59,778 nucleotides of DNA. Source: a virus. The stretch is taken from the IMG/VR virus record IMGVR_UViG_3300027296_000001, positions 1-59,778 of that record. The stretch is one strand, 5' to 3'. The position numbers and the translations under genes were made by a program. Every line of letters begins with the position of its first letter. Positions within the stretch are counted from its first letter, which is position 1. Shown piece by piece: positions 41,547 through 50,286 of the stretch. The notes beneath the pieces are model-generated. The model saw nothing but the letters and a program-made list of their open reading frames with translations. It had not been told where the DNA came from and made no database searches.

Positions 41547-42200
41547 ATGCCTTACAAGATTATCACGACGGTGCTGGCGTCGGCGAAGAGCTACGAATTC
41601 ACCGATCTCGCAACGGTGAAGGCCGAGCTCGAGCTGACCGACGGCAAGTCGGACGCGCGGCTGAAGCGCTATATCAAGGCCGCCTCGGCCGCGGCCGCGC
41701 AATATTGCAACCGCCGCGGCTTTCAGATCGAGACCGTCCAGGACGCGATCTTTCCGCAAAAGGATCCGCATCTGCCCGGCTCGTTTGAGACGCTGCAGCT
41801 GTCGAGCTGGCCGATCGGCGCGATCGTGTCGCTCACCGAGAATGGCAACACGCTGGTCGTCGATATCGACTTCAGCGTCGACGCCGATGTCGGCCAACTG
41901 ATCCGGCTCGACATGGCCGGCAACCGCTGCCTCTGGAACGCACTGCCGAAGGTCGCGCAGTTTACGGCTGGTTTCAGTGGCAGGGATGGCTTTGGTGGGA
42001 TTCCCGCGGACATTGAGGACGCCGTCATCAAGATGGTGACACGGCGTTACCTGGCGCCGAAGGACCCGAACCTGATGCAGCAGACCGTCCCCGGGGTGCT
42101 CGAGCAGCGCTGGTGGATCGCGAGCAACAGCGAGACCGGCAACATGTCGCCTGACATTACCGACGTTCTCGACAATTACCGCGTGCCTGTGGTCGCCTGA
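41547..42200 (+). CDS. gp6-like head-tail connector protein
   Basis: DLATVKAELELTDGKSDARLKRYIKAASAAAAQYCNR pattern. Confidence 0.7.
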   Translation: MPYKIITTVLASAKSYEFTDLATVKAELELTDGKSDARLKRYIKAASAAAAQYCNRRGFQIETVQDAIFPQKDPHLPGSFETLQLSSWPIGAIVSLTENGNTLVVDIDFSVDADVGQLIRLDMAGNRCLWNALPKVAQFTAGFSGRDGFGGIPADIEDAVIKMVTRRYLAPKDPNLMQQTVPGVLEQRWWIASNSETGNMSPDITDVLDNYRVPVVA

Positions 42201-42208
42201 AGGAGCTG

Positions 42209-42613
42209 ATGATGGATAATGCCGGCACCTACGATCTCGCCGTCCTGGACTCCAGCGCCTTTCCGGCGAGCGGCATCCTCTCTGCGATCACGAGCCTCGA
42301 TGGCATGTCGTCGGTCTCGCTCGAGGCCGTGTTCAAGCAGGGCTCGGGCGGCGCGACCTTGTCGGCGATCGTGATGACGAGTTTCGACGGCGGCCAGTCC
42401 TGGCGCCACATCGCCCGCTTCGATTTCACGACGTCATCGGCGACCAAGCTTGCCAACATCCAGGCGAGCGCCGCCAAGGCAGTGACGGCCTATGCCGATC
42501 TCGCCGCTGAAGGCGTCAATGACGGCATGCTGGGCGATCAGCTCGCGGTCAAGATCCTGACCAACGGCAGCTACAGCAACGCCTCGCTCTCGATCCGCGC
42601 CGCTGTCAGGTGA
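42209..42613 (+). CDS. Hypothetical structural protein
   Basis: 134-aa ORF. Confidence 0.5.
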   Translation: MMDNAGTYDLAVLDSSAFPASGILSAITSLDGMSSVSLEAVFKQGSGGATLSAIVMTSFDGGQSWRHIARFDFTTSSATKLANIQASAAKAVTAYADLAAEGVNDGMLGDQLAVKILTNGSYSNASLSIRAAVR

Positions 42614-42614
42614 C

Positions 42615-43040
42615 ATGGACCGCCTGACGTTCTTCGTCGCCTCCAACCACCTCAAGGTCAGGCTGCAGCGCCTGGCCCTTCATCCCGATCTTTGGAAATA
42701 CGGACAGGGGACCATCATGACGCCAACCTTCAAGGGTCTTGGCTCGGCGCTCGCCAAGCTGAAGCACGACCTCGATCTGCAGGCCGGGCCGCTGATGGCC
42801 GACATCGAGGACCTCGCCGGTACCGCGCCGCAGCTGTTGAAACAGGCGCAGGCGGAGGTTGCCCGAACCAAGCAGGCCGTCGCGGACATCAAGGACTTCG
42901 TCGACGGCCTCACCGGCAGCAACGGGGCGCCCCCTTTGGAAGACTCCTCGCGTTCGTCCGCAGCTTCGCCGGCTGAGGCGGCAGGCGGTAGCGCAGGCGG
43001 CGAGGCGCGCCTGACGGTCAACGGCGTTCAGGCGGGCTGA
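42615..43040 (+). CDS. Hypothetical structural protein
   Basis: Gene-like third-position GC from 42615 onward. Confidence 0.5.
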   Translation: MDRLTFFVASNHLKVRLQRLALHPDLWKYGQGTIMTPTFKGLGSALAKLKHDLDLQAGPLMADIEDLAGTAPQLLKQAQAEVARTKQAVADIKDFVDGLTGSNGAPPLEDSSRSSAASPAEAAGGSAGGEARLTVNGVQAG

Positions 43041-43435
43041 TGTCCGGCCTTATCGCCGCCCTCGACCAGGCGCTGAAGGTTGGCAAGAGCGAATGGGTCT
43101 GGCTTCGTCGGCGCGTCGGGGAGGGACCGAACCAGACCTTCGTCCAGGTCAAATGCCTGGCGAGTGTCGACGCGATCGATTCCACGCAGAACCCGGCGGG
43201 CATTCGCCTGTCGGAATTCTCGATCATCATGTCGCCGACGCAGATCAATGAAGCGCAGTGGCCTGGTGGCTCGATTCCTGTGCCGCCGCCGTTCGATCTC
43301 GATCCGCGGATTCCCCGCGTGAATGATACCGATGATGTCATCATCCGTGGTCAGCAGCCGCGGGTGATAACCTTCTGTGATCCGAAGATCGTCGGCGGCG
43401 AGCTCGTCCGTCTCAATCTCAAGGTCGTTGCCTAA
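43040..43435 (+). CDS. Putative head-tail joining protein
   Basis: The call rests on position and size only. Confidence 0.45.
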   Translation: MSGLIAALDQALKVGKSEWVWLRRRVGEGPNQTFVQVKCLASVDAIDSTQNPAGIRLSEFSIIMSPTQINEAQWPGGSIPVPPPFDLDPRIPRVNDTDDVIIRGQQPRVITFCDPKIVGGELVRLNLKVVA

Positions 43436-43444
43436 AGGCTATCC

Positions 43445-43858
43445 ATGCTGACCGATCCGACCTCAGCAATCTGGGATGCCGTCAAGGCGCGTCTGCTCAG
43501 CGATCCCGATATCGCGTCGGTCTTTGCTGATCGTGTCTATGACAAGATCCAGAACACGCCGACCTTCCCTTATATTTCATTGGGCGAAGTGCAGGTCCTT
43601 CCCGAACTGGGCGAGGGGACCGACGCCGCGGAAGTGTTTCTGACCCTCAATAGCTGGACCCGTTTCACAGGCTCCGATGCCCTGCGGTCCGGCGGCAAGT
43701 ACGTCATCGCTGCGTTGCACGATGAGGAGCTGCAGATCGAAGGCGGCGCAGTGCTGTCCATCCTGCTCGAGTCGTCTCGCACCATTCCGGATCCGGATGG
43801 GGTCACCAAGCACGGCGTTTACACCTTCCAGATCCTGACGGACGCCAATGTGCTCTGA
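43445..43858 (+). CDS. DUF3168-like tail completion protein
   Basis: AVKARLLSDPDIASVFADRVYD....PYISLGE......AEVFLTLNSW pattern. Confidence 0.6.
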   Translation: MLTDPTSAIWDAVKARLLSDPDIASVFADRVYDKIQNTPTFPYISLGEVQVLPELGEGTDAAEVFLTLNSWTRFTGSDALRSGGKYVIAALHDEELQIEGGAVLSILLESSRTIPDPDGVTKHGVYTFQILTDANVL

Positions 43859-43868
43859 TTGCATCGGC

Positions 43869-43957
43869 CGAGAGTGAGGGTCGCCAAGGAGCTTTTGGCG
43901 GCTGCCGGCGGGCACAGCGTAGGGTCCGGGTCGCTCCGGTGCGCTGCTTCACTCTCG
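43869..43957 (+). other. Long-range 11-bp helix enclosing smaller hairpins in a 150-nt intergenic gap
   Basis: CGAGAGTGAGG (43869-43879) pairs with CTTCACTCTCG (43947-43957). The inner hairpin is GCCAA-GGAGCTT-TTGGC. Confidence 0.35.
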
Positions 43958-44010
43958 CCCAGTGCAATTTCGTGTCTCTCGCGTCCCTCTCTCAAACCCT
44001 GGAGTCTTCC

Positions 44011-44511
44011 ATGACGTCTCTCAACACCATCGTGCGTGCCTCGATCGCGGCCGTGAACAAGAAAACCCTCGATGGCCGTGACGTCGTCGACCGCATGCCG
44101 GATGCCACCGACATCCAGCTCAGCAGCGGCACCGGCTACGGCAAGGCCGACATCGCGTTCATGGATACCCGCACGCTCGCGGCTTCGACCAGCGAGAATC
44201 TCGATCTCGCCGGCGTCCTCGTCGATGCCTTCGGCGCCACCATCAATGCCGCCAAGGTCAAGGCGATCATGATCGAAAACCCCGAGGCCTCGCTCTCGAC
44301 CCTGACGGTCGGCGCTGCGGCTTCCAATACCTTCAACGGCCCGTTCTCCGGCGCCACCCACTCGGTCGACATCAAGCCGGGCGATCGCGTGCTGTTCGTC
44401 AGCCGCACCGGCTGGCCCGTGACCGCGGGCACCGGCGACATCCTCAAGGTCGCCAACGGCGCCGGCGGCAGCGTCAATTACAACGTCGAAATCATCGCCG
44501 CGTCGGCCTAG
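44011..44511 (+). CDS. Hypothetical structural protein (beta-rich)
   Basis: SD GGAG precedes ATG 44011. Confidence 0.5.
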   Translation: MTSLNTIVRASIAAVNKKTLDGRDVVDRMPDATDIQLSSGTGYGKADIAFMDTRTLAASTSENLDLAGVLVDAFGATINAAKVKAIMIENPEASLSTLTVGAAASNTFNGPFSGATHSVDIKPGDRVLFVSRTGWPVTAGTGDILKVANGAGGSVNYNVEIIAASA

Positions 44512-44560
44512 GCGGCTGCTGTTCCGTTGCGGCCCGGTTGATTGACGAAAGGAAAAATCG

Positions 44561-44974
44561 ATGACGAAAGCGCAGACCAAAAAGTTTTCCGAGTTTCTCG
44601 TCCAAATCGAGACTTCGCCTGGCGTATTCTCGGCTCCTTGCGGCCTCAATTCGAGGGGGTGGAATCGGACCTCGAATGCGAATGAGACCAATGTGCCGGA
44701 CTGCGACGATCCCGACGCACCATCCGATGTCGAGCGGGACATCGTTTCCAAGTCGAAATCCATTTCAGGTGCCGGCGTCGTCGCCGACGAGGATTTTGAT
44801 ATTTGGGACGAGTGGGAGGACTCCGGCGACAGCAAAAATATCAAGATCACGCTGGGGCTGCGGGTCTGGATTGGTCTGTACAAGTGCACCAAGCTCAACG
44901 TCACCGGGCAGCGCGGCAGCCGCGTGACATTCGATACGACGCTCGACAGCGATGGCCCGACGGTTCGTCAGTAA
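44561..44974 (+). CDS. Major tail protein, TP901-1/GTA type
   Basis: FSAPCGLNSRGWNRTSNANETNVPDCDDPDAP...SISGAG pattern. Confidence 0.75.
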   Translation: MTKAQTKKFSEFLVQIETSPGVFSAPCGLNSRGWNRTSNANETNVPDCDDPDAPSDVERDIVSKSKSISGAGVVADEDFDIWDEWEDSGDSKNIKITLGLRVWIGLYKCTKLNVTGQRGSRVTFDTTLDSDGPTVRQ

Positions 44975-45366
44975 TGGCTTCGCCCGACGACCAGCTGCAG
45001 GACTGGTTTTCGGGCCTGTCCTACAAGACCAAGCGGAAGCTCGCCGGCGATCTCAAGGACATCACCGGCAGCGCCGCCGTCCAGATCCAGGCTGCGGCGC
45101 CGGAGCTGTCTGGCAAGCTGAAGGGGACTGTCAAAGTCCGCCGCAAGCGCAACGATCTCGACCTCGAGATCACGGCAGGCGGGCCGGAGACCACCAAGGA
45201 GATCCGCGCGGGCTCCGGAGTTGAATACGATTACGCGCTCGCCGGCGAATACGGCACCGTCAACGAAGAGGCGCAGCCGTGGTTCTTTCCGACCTGGCGG
45301 CAGATTCAGGGCGATGTCCGACAGGAAATCGAGGATGCCGTCAATGACGCTATCGACAACGGTTAG
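44974..45366 (+). CDS. HK97 gp10-family protein
   Basis: APELSGKLKGTV....YDYALAGEYGTVNEEAQPWFFP. Confidence 0.6.
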   Translation: MASPDDQLQDWFSGLSYKTKRKLAGDLKDITGSAAVQIQAAAPELSGKLKGTVKVRRKRNDLDLEITAGGPETTKEIRAGSGVEYDYALAGEYGTVNEEAQPWFFPTWRQIQGDVRQEIEDAVNDAIDNG

Positions 45367-45593
45367 GTGCGCGTGAGCTTGACGCGGAAATGACGGCGCA
45401 CGGGCTGGCTTTCGATCAGGGCCTGGATCAGGATCGCGCCAGGCCCGGATACCCCATTGCGCTCCCATTTCCGCCAGGCTGCTCCGTCGTTGAGACCGAC
45501 AAGGATGGCGGCCTCCGAGGCCGACAGCCCGAGGGATGAGCGAGCTGCTCGGACGGTTGCGGCGTCCAGTGTCGCACGCGGAGCATCGCTCAT
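45363..45593 (-). CDS. Small HTH (XRE-like) protein, antisense to the tail operon
   Basis: RSSLGLSASEAAILVGLNDGAAWRKWERNG. Confidence 0.6.
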   Translation of the reverse strand: MSDAPRATLDAATVRAARSSLGLSASEAAILVGLNDGAAWRKWERNGVSGPGAILIQALIESQPVRRHFRVKLTRT

Positions 45594-45730
45594 CAGATCA
45601 TCCGCTTCGGGGCAACCAGTTCGCCCGCCTTGGCTTGGGCGATCAGCATTTGAAGCAAGGGTGTTGAACCATTCTTCGCGATCAGGGCTTCGAGCTTCGC
45701 GATCGTTTCGGCTTGCTGCTGCTTGGTCAT
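45593..45730 (-). CDS. 45-aa ORF upstream of, and coupled to, the HTH gene
   Basis: My own translation: MTKQQQAETIAKLEALIAKNGSTPLLQMLIAQAKAGELVAPKRMI. Its stop overlaps the HTH ATG by 1 nt. It is below the ORF-track length cut-off. Confidence 0.4.
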   Translation of the reverse strand: MTKQQQAETIAKLEALIAKNGSTPLLQMLIAQAKAGELVAPKRMI

Positions 45731-45821
45731 CGGCTTGCTCCGTTCTGATGTCACTAAGGATAGGTGCAATGGACCTAGTTGTCAACATGCTTTCTCGAGA
45801 ATTTCTGGAGATTTTTGCAAG

Positions 45822-46283
45822 ATGAGCGCTCCGGGTACGCGCACCATCGCCTGGGCCAACGGCGAGGATCAATTCTGCTTGTCCAAAGTGGGGCTGATCT
45901 TCGACCTGGAGTCCAAATGCAATGCCGGCATCGCCACCATTCTGCGGCGGTTGGCGGAAAAGGAATTCTATCTCAACGACGTGCGGGAGACGATCCGTCT
46001 CGGCCTGATCGGCGGCGGCATGGCGTCAGACAAGGCGATGGCTGCAGTCAAGCATCACGTCGATCTCAATGAGAACGGCCTCGCGCCCTCCGTGCTGCTC
46101 GCTTACGCGATCATCGAGGCCGTACTGGTGGGCGTACCTGAGGATCCCTTGGGAAAAGCGGCGCCGGCGGCGGATCAGACAACGGCCGGCATCTCTTCCT
46201 CGACGACGGACGCCTCTGCCGCTCCGAAGTCATCGGCCTCGGAGCGGGCCTCGGATGGACGCCCCGCGAAACGGAAGACGTAG
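45822..46283 (+). CDS. Tail assembly chaperone (GTA-type, G-like product)
   Basis: IAWANGEDQFCLSKVGLIFDLE...LRLGLIGGG pattern. Lies directly upstream of the tape measure gene. Confidence 0.75.
   Translation: MSAPGTRTIAWANGEDQFCLSKVGLIFDLESKCNAGIATILRRLAEKEFYLNDVRETIRLGLIGGGMASDKAMAAVKHHVDLNENGLAPSVLLAYAIIEAVLVGVPEDPLGKAAPAADQTTAGISSSTTDASAAPKSSASERASDGRPAKRKT
46151..46157 (+). other. Candidate -1 slippery heptamer G GGA AAA
   Basis: In the chaperone frame it reads L-G-K as TTG GGA AAA. The -1 frame is open from 46142 to 46408. Confidence 0.6.
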
Positions 46284-46408
46284 CGCTCTGGGAGATCGTT
46301 GCCGCGATCGAGGGCCACAATCGCGTGCATGGCGGCGAGGCCAAGATCGAGCCGATGAGCGACGACAGGTTCGATGAGCTTCTCGAAGACAATGGATTGC
46401 TGAACTGA
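46157..46408 (+). CDS. -1 frame extension of the tail assembly chaperone (GT-like product)
   Basis: 83 codons: ...GLGWTPRETEDVALWEIVAAIEGHNRVHGG...LLN. The stop overlaps the tape-measure ATG. Confidence 0.6.
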   Translation, partial: SGAGGGSDNGRHLFLDDGRLCRSEVIGLGAGLGWTPRETEDVALWEIVAAIEGHNRVHGGEAKIEPMSDDRFDELLEDNGLLN

Positions 46409-48471
46409 TGCCTGCGCCTGCCTTACGCATTCCCGTCTCGCTGAACATGGACGAGTTCGACAAGGGCGTCGAGCGTGCCAAGGTCGGCACGCGGCAGGCG
46501 ACGCAGTTCGTGCTCAAGCAGTTCGCGGAGATGAACGCCTCGCTGGGCGGGCCCGCGGCAGCTGGCCTTTTCGCCGGCGTTGGCGCCTCGGTGCTGCAGC
46601 TGGTCGGCGTCTTCGGTGCCGTGGTGACGGCGGCCAAGCTCGTTGGCATGGCGATCGACGGTGTCCGCGGCGATCTCGCGGAGATGGTCAGGGTCGCAGA
46701 GGGCGCGCAGCGCACCGGCCTGACGCCGCAGTTTTTCCAGGCTTTCATTGCCGGCGCCAAGGGGGCCGAGGAGCAGGTCGAGACCTTCACTGCGGCGCTG
46801 GATAAGGCGTTCCAGGCAACCAAGCCGGTTCTCAATCCTGACTGGTCGGTCTGGGACCAGGGCATCACCAAGATCAGCTCGGTCGAGAAGGCGTTGACCG
46901 AGATGCGCGAGCTGTTCTCGACCAGCGACAAGTTTACGGCGCTCGATCTGTTCCGGCAGTCTGGAAGCCAGGATGATCGCATCCGTGCCGTCATTACCGG
47001 CATGAAAGAGCTGAACGCGATTGGGCAGCAGGTCGCGGCGCTTGACCTCGGTGAGAAGATGTTCGGCGCCAAGTTCGTCGACGGACTGCGTCAGGGCAAG
47101 ACGACGATCGACGATATCGCCCGCACCATCGAGACCAAGCTGCAGGCCTCGGACATCATCTCCAATGCCAGTGCGATGCGGGCCAAGGAAATCGACGATC
47201 GGCTCAACGATGCCTGGAACACCATCACCAACAATTTGAAGCCGAGCTGGCAGGATCTCGATGGCATCGCGCTGAGGATCAAGGACACCTGGGCGTCAAT
47301 CGTCGGCCTTATCGCTGAGGCCTCGGCCGCGGGCCCCCGGGCGCGTGACCGCGTGCAACAGCTGCAAGATCAGGCGGATTCTGTTGCCTCCCAATTCGAT
47401 AATCCCGAAAGTGCCGTCTTCGTCAATCCGAACCTGTTGCGTCAGCGGCGCCGGATGCTCGCTGCACGCGGCCAGCCTTTCTCGGCTGCGCCGCCCGGCA
47501 TGTTTTCCGAGTTTACCGATTTTCCCGGCATTCCGAAGGACGAGGAGGCCTATCCGCGCGCCCCCAATGGCGCGGCGCTTATGCCGCGGCCCCGTCCATC
47601 TGACGCGCCCAAGCCACCAGAGGCGCGCGAGGAGCAGCGCGACCAGTTCGATGTGTCGATCGACAGCATCAACAAGCATATCGCCACGCTGAATGCCGAT
47701 ACGGCTGCGATGTTTCAAAACAATGCGACCCGCGCGCAGCTGCGCGCCGAATTCCAGGCGCTGACCGCGATTATGCGCGACGAGGGCGAGGTTACCCAGG
47801 AGCAGATCGACAAATACCAGAAGCTTCGTCAGTCGATGTCGGCGCAGCAGGCGCTGGAGGCGTCCGGCATTCAGCTCACCAAAGAGCACTCCGAGGCGTT
47901 TCTTGCGGCGTCTCGCAACATCAAGCAGGCTGCTGAGCAGCACGATTCTGCCGCGACCAGCCTTCAGAAGCTCAACAGTGCCTCTGCGACGATCGGCAGC
48001 GCGCTTGAGACGGCGTTCGCCGATGCGGTGGTCGAGGGCAAGAACCTGAATGACGTCCTCTCCAGCCTCCTCAAGACTCTGGAAAAGGCAGCGATCAACT
48101 CGCTGTTCGCATCGTTCTTCAATGCGCCGGCTTCCGGCGGACTGTCGCCGTTCGCGTCGTTTATCAAGGGCATCATTCCCGGCTTCGCCGAGGGCACCGA
48201 TTCCGCGCCCGGCGGCCTCGCCTGGGTCGGCGAGCGCGGGCCGGAGTTGATGAATGTGCCCAAGGGGGCGCAGATCCTGCCGGCGGACATCTCGCGGCAG
48301 GTGGCTTCTGGCGGCGGCGCCATCCAGTACATCTTCCATGTCGCCGGCGACGTGTCGCCAGGCACCATCGATCAATTGAAGGCGGCCGTGATCGCCGCGC
48401 ATCGCAAAGTCGATAGCGTCTCGCGCGTCATGGTGTCGTCGCAGCGCATGCAGGCGACGGGGGTGAGCTGA
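46408..48471 (+). CDS. Tail tape measure protein
   Basis: 687 aa, helical and Ala/Gln-rich. Position after the chaperone pair. Confidence 0.85.
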   Translation: MPAPALRIPVSLNMDEFDKGVERAKVGTRQATQFVLKQFAEMNASLGGPAAAGLFAGVGASVLQLVGVFGAVVTAAKLVGMAIDGVRGDLAEMVRVAEGAQRTGLTPQFFQAFIAGAKGAEEQVETFTAALDKAFQATKPVLNPDWSVWDQGITKISSVEKALTEMRELFSTSDKFTALDLFRQSGSQDDRIRAVITGMKELNAIGQQVAALDLGEKMFGAKFVDGLRQGKTTIDDIARTIETKLQASDIISNASAMRAKEIDDRLNDAWNTITNNLKPSWQDLDGIALRIKDTWASIVGLIAEASAAGPRARDRVQQLQDQADSVASQFDNPESAVFVNPNLLRQRRRMLAARGQPFSAAPPGMFSEFTDFPGIPKDEEAYPRAPNGAALMPRPRPSDAPKPPEAREEQRDQFDVSIDSINKHIATLNADTAAMFQNNATRAQLRAEFQALTAIMRDEGEVTQEQIDKYQKLRQSMSAQQALEASGIQLTKEHSEAFLAASRNIKQAAEQHDSAATSLQKLNSASATIGSALETAFADAVVEGKNLNDVLSSLLKTLEKAAINSLFASFFNAPASGGLSPFASFIKGIIPGFAEGTDSAPGGLAWVGERGPELMNVPKGAQILPADISRQVASGGGAIQYIFHVAGDVSPGTIDQLKAAVIAAHRKVDSVSRVMVSSQRMQATGVS

Positions 48472-49220
48472 TGGCGCTGGTGCCGGAATTCCCGCGCGCG
48501 CTGCTGCGGGAAAAGAGCCATGCCTGGAATTTGGCCGGCGCCGCGGTCGCCGGCGGCCAAACCGCGTTTGGGTTGTCGACCCTGGTTCGCTCCGATGGTG
48601 GCGGCTTCTGGGTCTGCAATATGTCCGACGTCTCGCTGTCGGGCCGCAATGGGTCGGCCGATCGCGGTCGCGACCGGCAGAAGCTGTCGACCCTGCTTTG
48701 GCGCGCCGTGCGGCAGATCGCCGATGGCGGCGTTAATCAGCTCATCGTGCCGCGCAATGATGCGCTGTTCCGACCTTGGCCGGATGGCGTGGCACCGGAC
48801 GCCGGCACCGACATCACGCACGACGACGGCAGCCTGTTCGATGATGGTGTCGGCTATTATTCCCCGACGATCGACATCACGTGTGTGGGGGCGACGCTGC
48901 GTGCGACCTCGCTCGACATCAGCGTCGTTCGCGCCGGCGCGCTGATGGGCGGCGAAGCGTTCTCGATCGAGCATCCGACCTATGGCTGGCGCATGTATGA
49001 GATCGCGACCGTCGAGATGGATACTGAGACGAGCGGCACCATCACGTTCAACCCGCCGCTGCGCGAAGCGGTGACCGACGGCACCCAGCTCGAATTTGAC
49101 CGGCCGCGCTGCATGATGCGCCTGGTCAGTCCCGGTGCCATGAACCTCACGGTGCAGCCCTGGACGTTCAATCCGGCCAGCGTCGATTTCGTCGAGGATC
49201 TGCGCACGGTGCCGGCATGA
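48471..49220 (+). CDS. Distal tail protein (by position)
   Basis: First gene after the tape measure. No motif recognised. Confidence 0.45.
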   Translation: MALVPEFPRALLREKSHAWNLAGAAVAGGQTAFGLSTLVRSDGGGFWVCNMSDVSLSGRNGSADRGRDRQKLSTLLWRAVRQIADGGVNQLIVPRNDALFRPWPDGVAPDAGTDITHDDGSLFDDGVGYYSPTIDITCVGATLRATSLDISVVRAGALMGGEAFSIEHPTYGWRMYEIATVEMDTETSGTITFNPPLREAVTDGTQLEFDRPRCMMRLVSPGAMNLTVQPWTFNPASVDFVEDLRTVPA

Positions 49221-49831
49221 CCTTGAACGATGCGGAGCTGGCCGCGCTCGCAAGCGGCGTCGTGCGCTTCGGTGATCTGTTCCGGCTCGAGACTGATCCC
49301 GTGGTGCGGCTGTGGCTGGGCGTCGGCGATCTCGCCGTCGAGGCCAACGTGCTGGACGTGTCGGGCGGCACCTATCTCGGCCTCGGCGATGTTGGCGAAT
49401 TGCCGGAGATCGACGTCATGATCAACGGAGCGGCCAGCCGTGTCGAGTTCACGATGTCCGGCGTCTCCGGCACCGTCGCGGCGAAGGCTGCCGCGCATGA
49501 CACCGACAGCGTCAAGGGCAAGCGGACCTCGCTGGGTTTTGTGATCTTCGACCAGGGCTGGCAGATGCTGGGGCCGCCGCGCTGGTATGCGCATTATCGC
49601 GCCGATTATCTCAGCGTCGATCGGCAGCCGGTGACAGATCTCGATAGCAAGACGGTGCTGATGCGTAGCATCCGGTTGTCCTGCGGCTCGCTGATGACGA
49701 CGAGGCGACGGCCGGCGCGCAGCTATTTTTCCGATGCCGACCAGCAGGCGCGCCATCCTGGCGACATGTTCTGCTCGCTGGTGCCGAAATACGCCAACGG
49801 CTTTTCCAAGCAATGGCCGGTGTTCTCGTGA
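49217..49831 (+). CDS. Tail hub/baseplate-like protein (by position)
   Basis: ATGA-coupled. No motif recognised. Confidence 0.4.
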   Translation: MTLNDAELAALASGVVRFGDLFRLETDPVVRLWLGVGDLAVEANVLDVSGGTYLGLGDVGELPEIDVMINGAASRVEFTMSGVSGTVAAKAAAHDTDSVKGKRTSLGFVIFDQGWQMLGPPRWYAHYRADYLSVDRQPVTDLDSKTVLMRSIRLSCGSLMTTRRRPARSYFSDADQQARHPGDMFCSLVPKYANGFSKQWPVFS

Positions 49832-50286
49832 CAAGCCTTGGGCATTATCTCGCCGGCGTGACGCGGCGGCGCTGGGGCTATGGCAGCCTCGATTGTTGCA
49901 CCTTCATGGCCGACTGGCTGATGGCGCGGGGGCTGCCTGACGCGATGGCCGATCGCCGCGGCACCTATGCGAGCCGCCGCGAGTATCGCGCGGCCATCCG
50001 CAGCGAAGGTGGTATCGTCGCCTCCTGCCGCGCGCGCTTTGCGCGGCTCGGCCTGGTCGAGACGGCGCAGCCCGGCCATGGCGACGTCGCCCTGGTGCTG
50101 GCGCCGTTCGCGGTTCGTCGTGACGGCCGGGTGGTCTCTGCGCCGGTCGGGGCGATCTGTCTCGGTCGCGGCGCGCGCGCCGTGGTCACGCCGGACAAGG
50201 GGCTGGTGATCTATCCGCTCGCCACGGTCGCCGCATGGCGCGTCGCTGGCGTTGCCGATGACCTTGGGGGCAGCAGCCATGGCTGA
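49828..50286 (+). CDS. NlpC/P60-type tail-associated cell wall peptidase
   Basis: RRRWGYGSLDCCTFMADWL ... PGHGDVAL, as in GTA g14-type peptidases. GTGA-coupled start (alternative ATG at 49813). Confidence 0.65.
   Translation: MTSLGHYLAGVTRRRWGYGSLDCCTFMADWLMARGLPDAMADRRGTYASRREYRAAIRSEGGIVASCRARFARLGLVETAQPGHGDVALVLAPFAVRRDGRVVSAPVGAICLGRGARAVVTPDKGLVIYPLATVAAWRVAGVADDLGGSSHG

Noticed and set aside
46069-46377. The 102-aa ORF read as the chaperone frameshift product.
   Set aside because: It is in the +1 frame and has an Arg-rich nonsense-like sequence. The -1 frame is the one reachable from the GGGAAAA heptamer, and it encodes a plausible extension.
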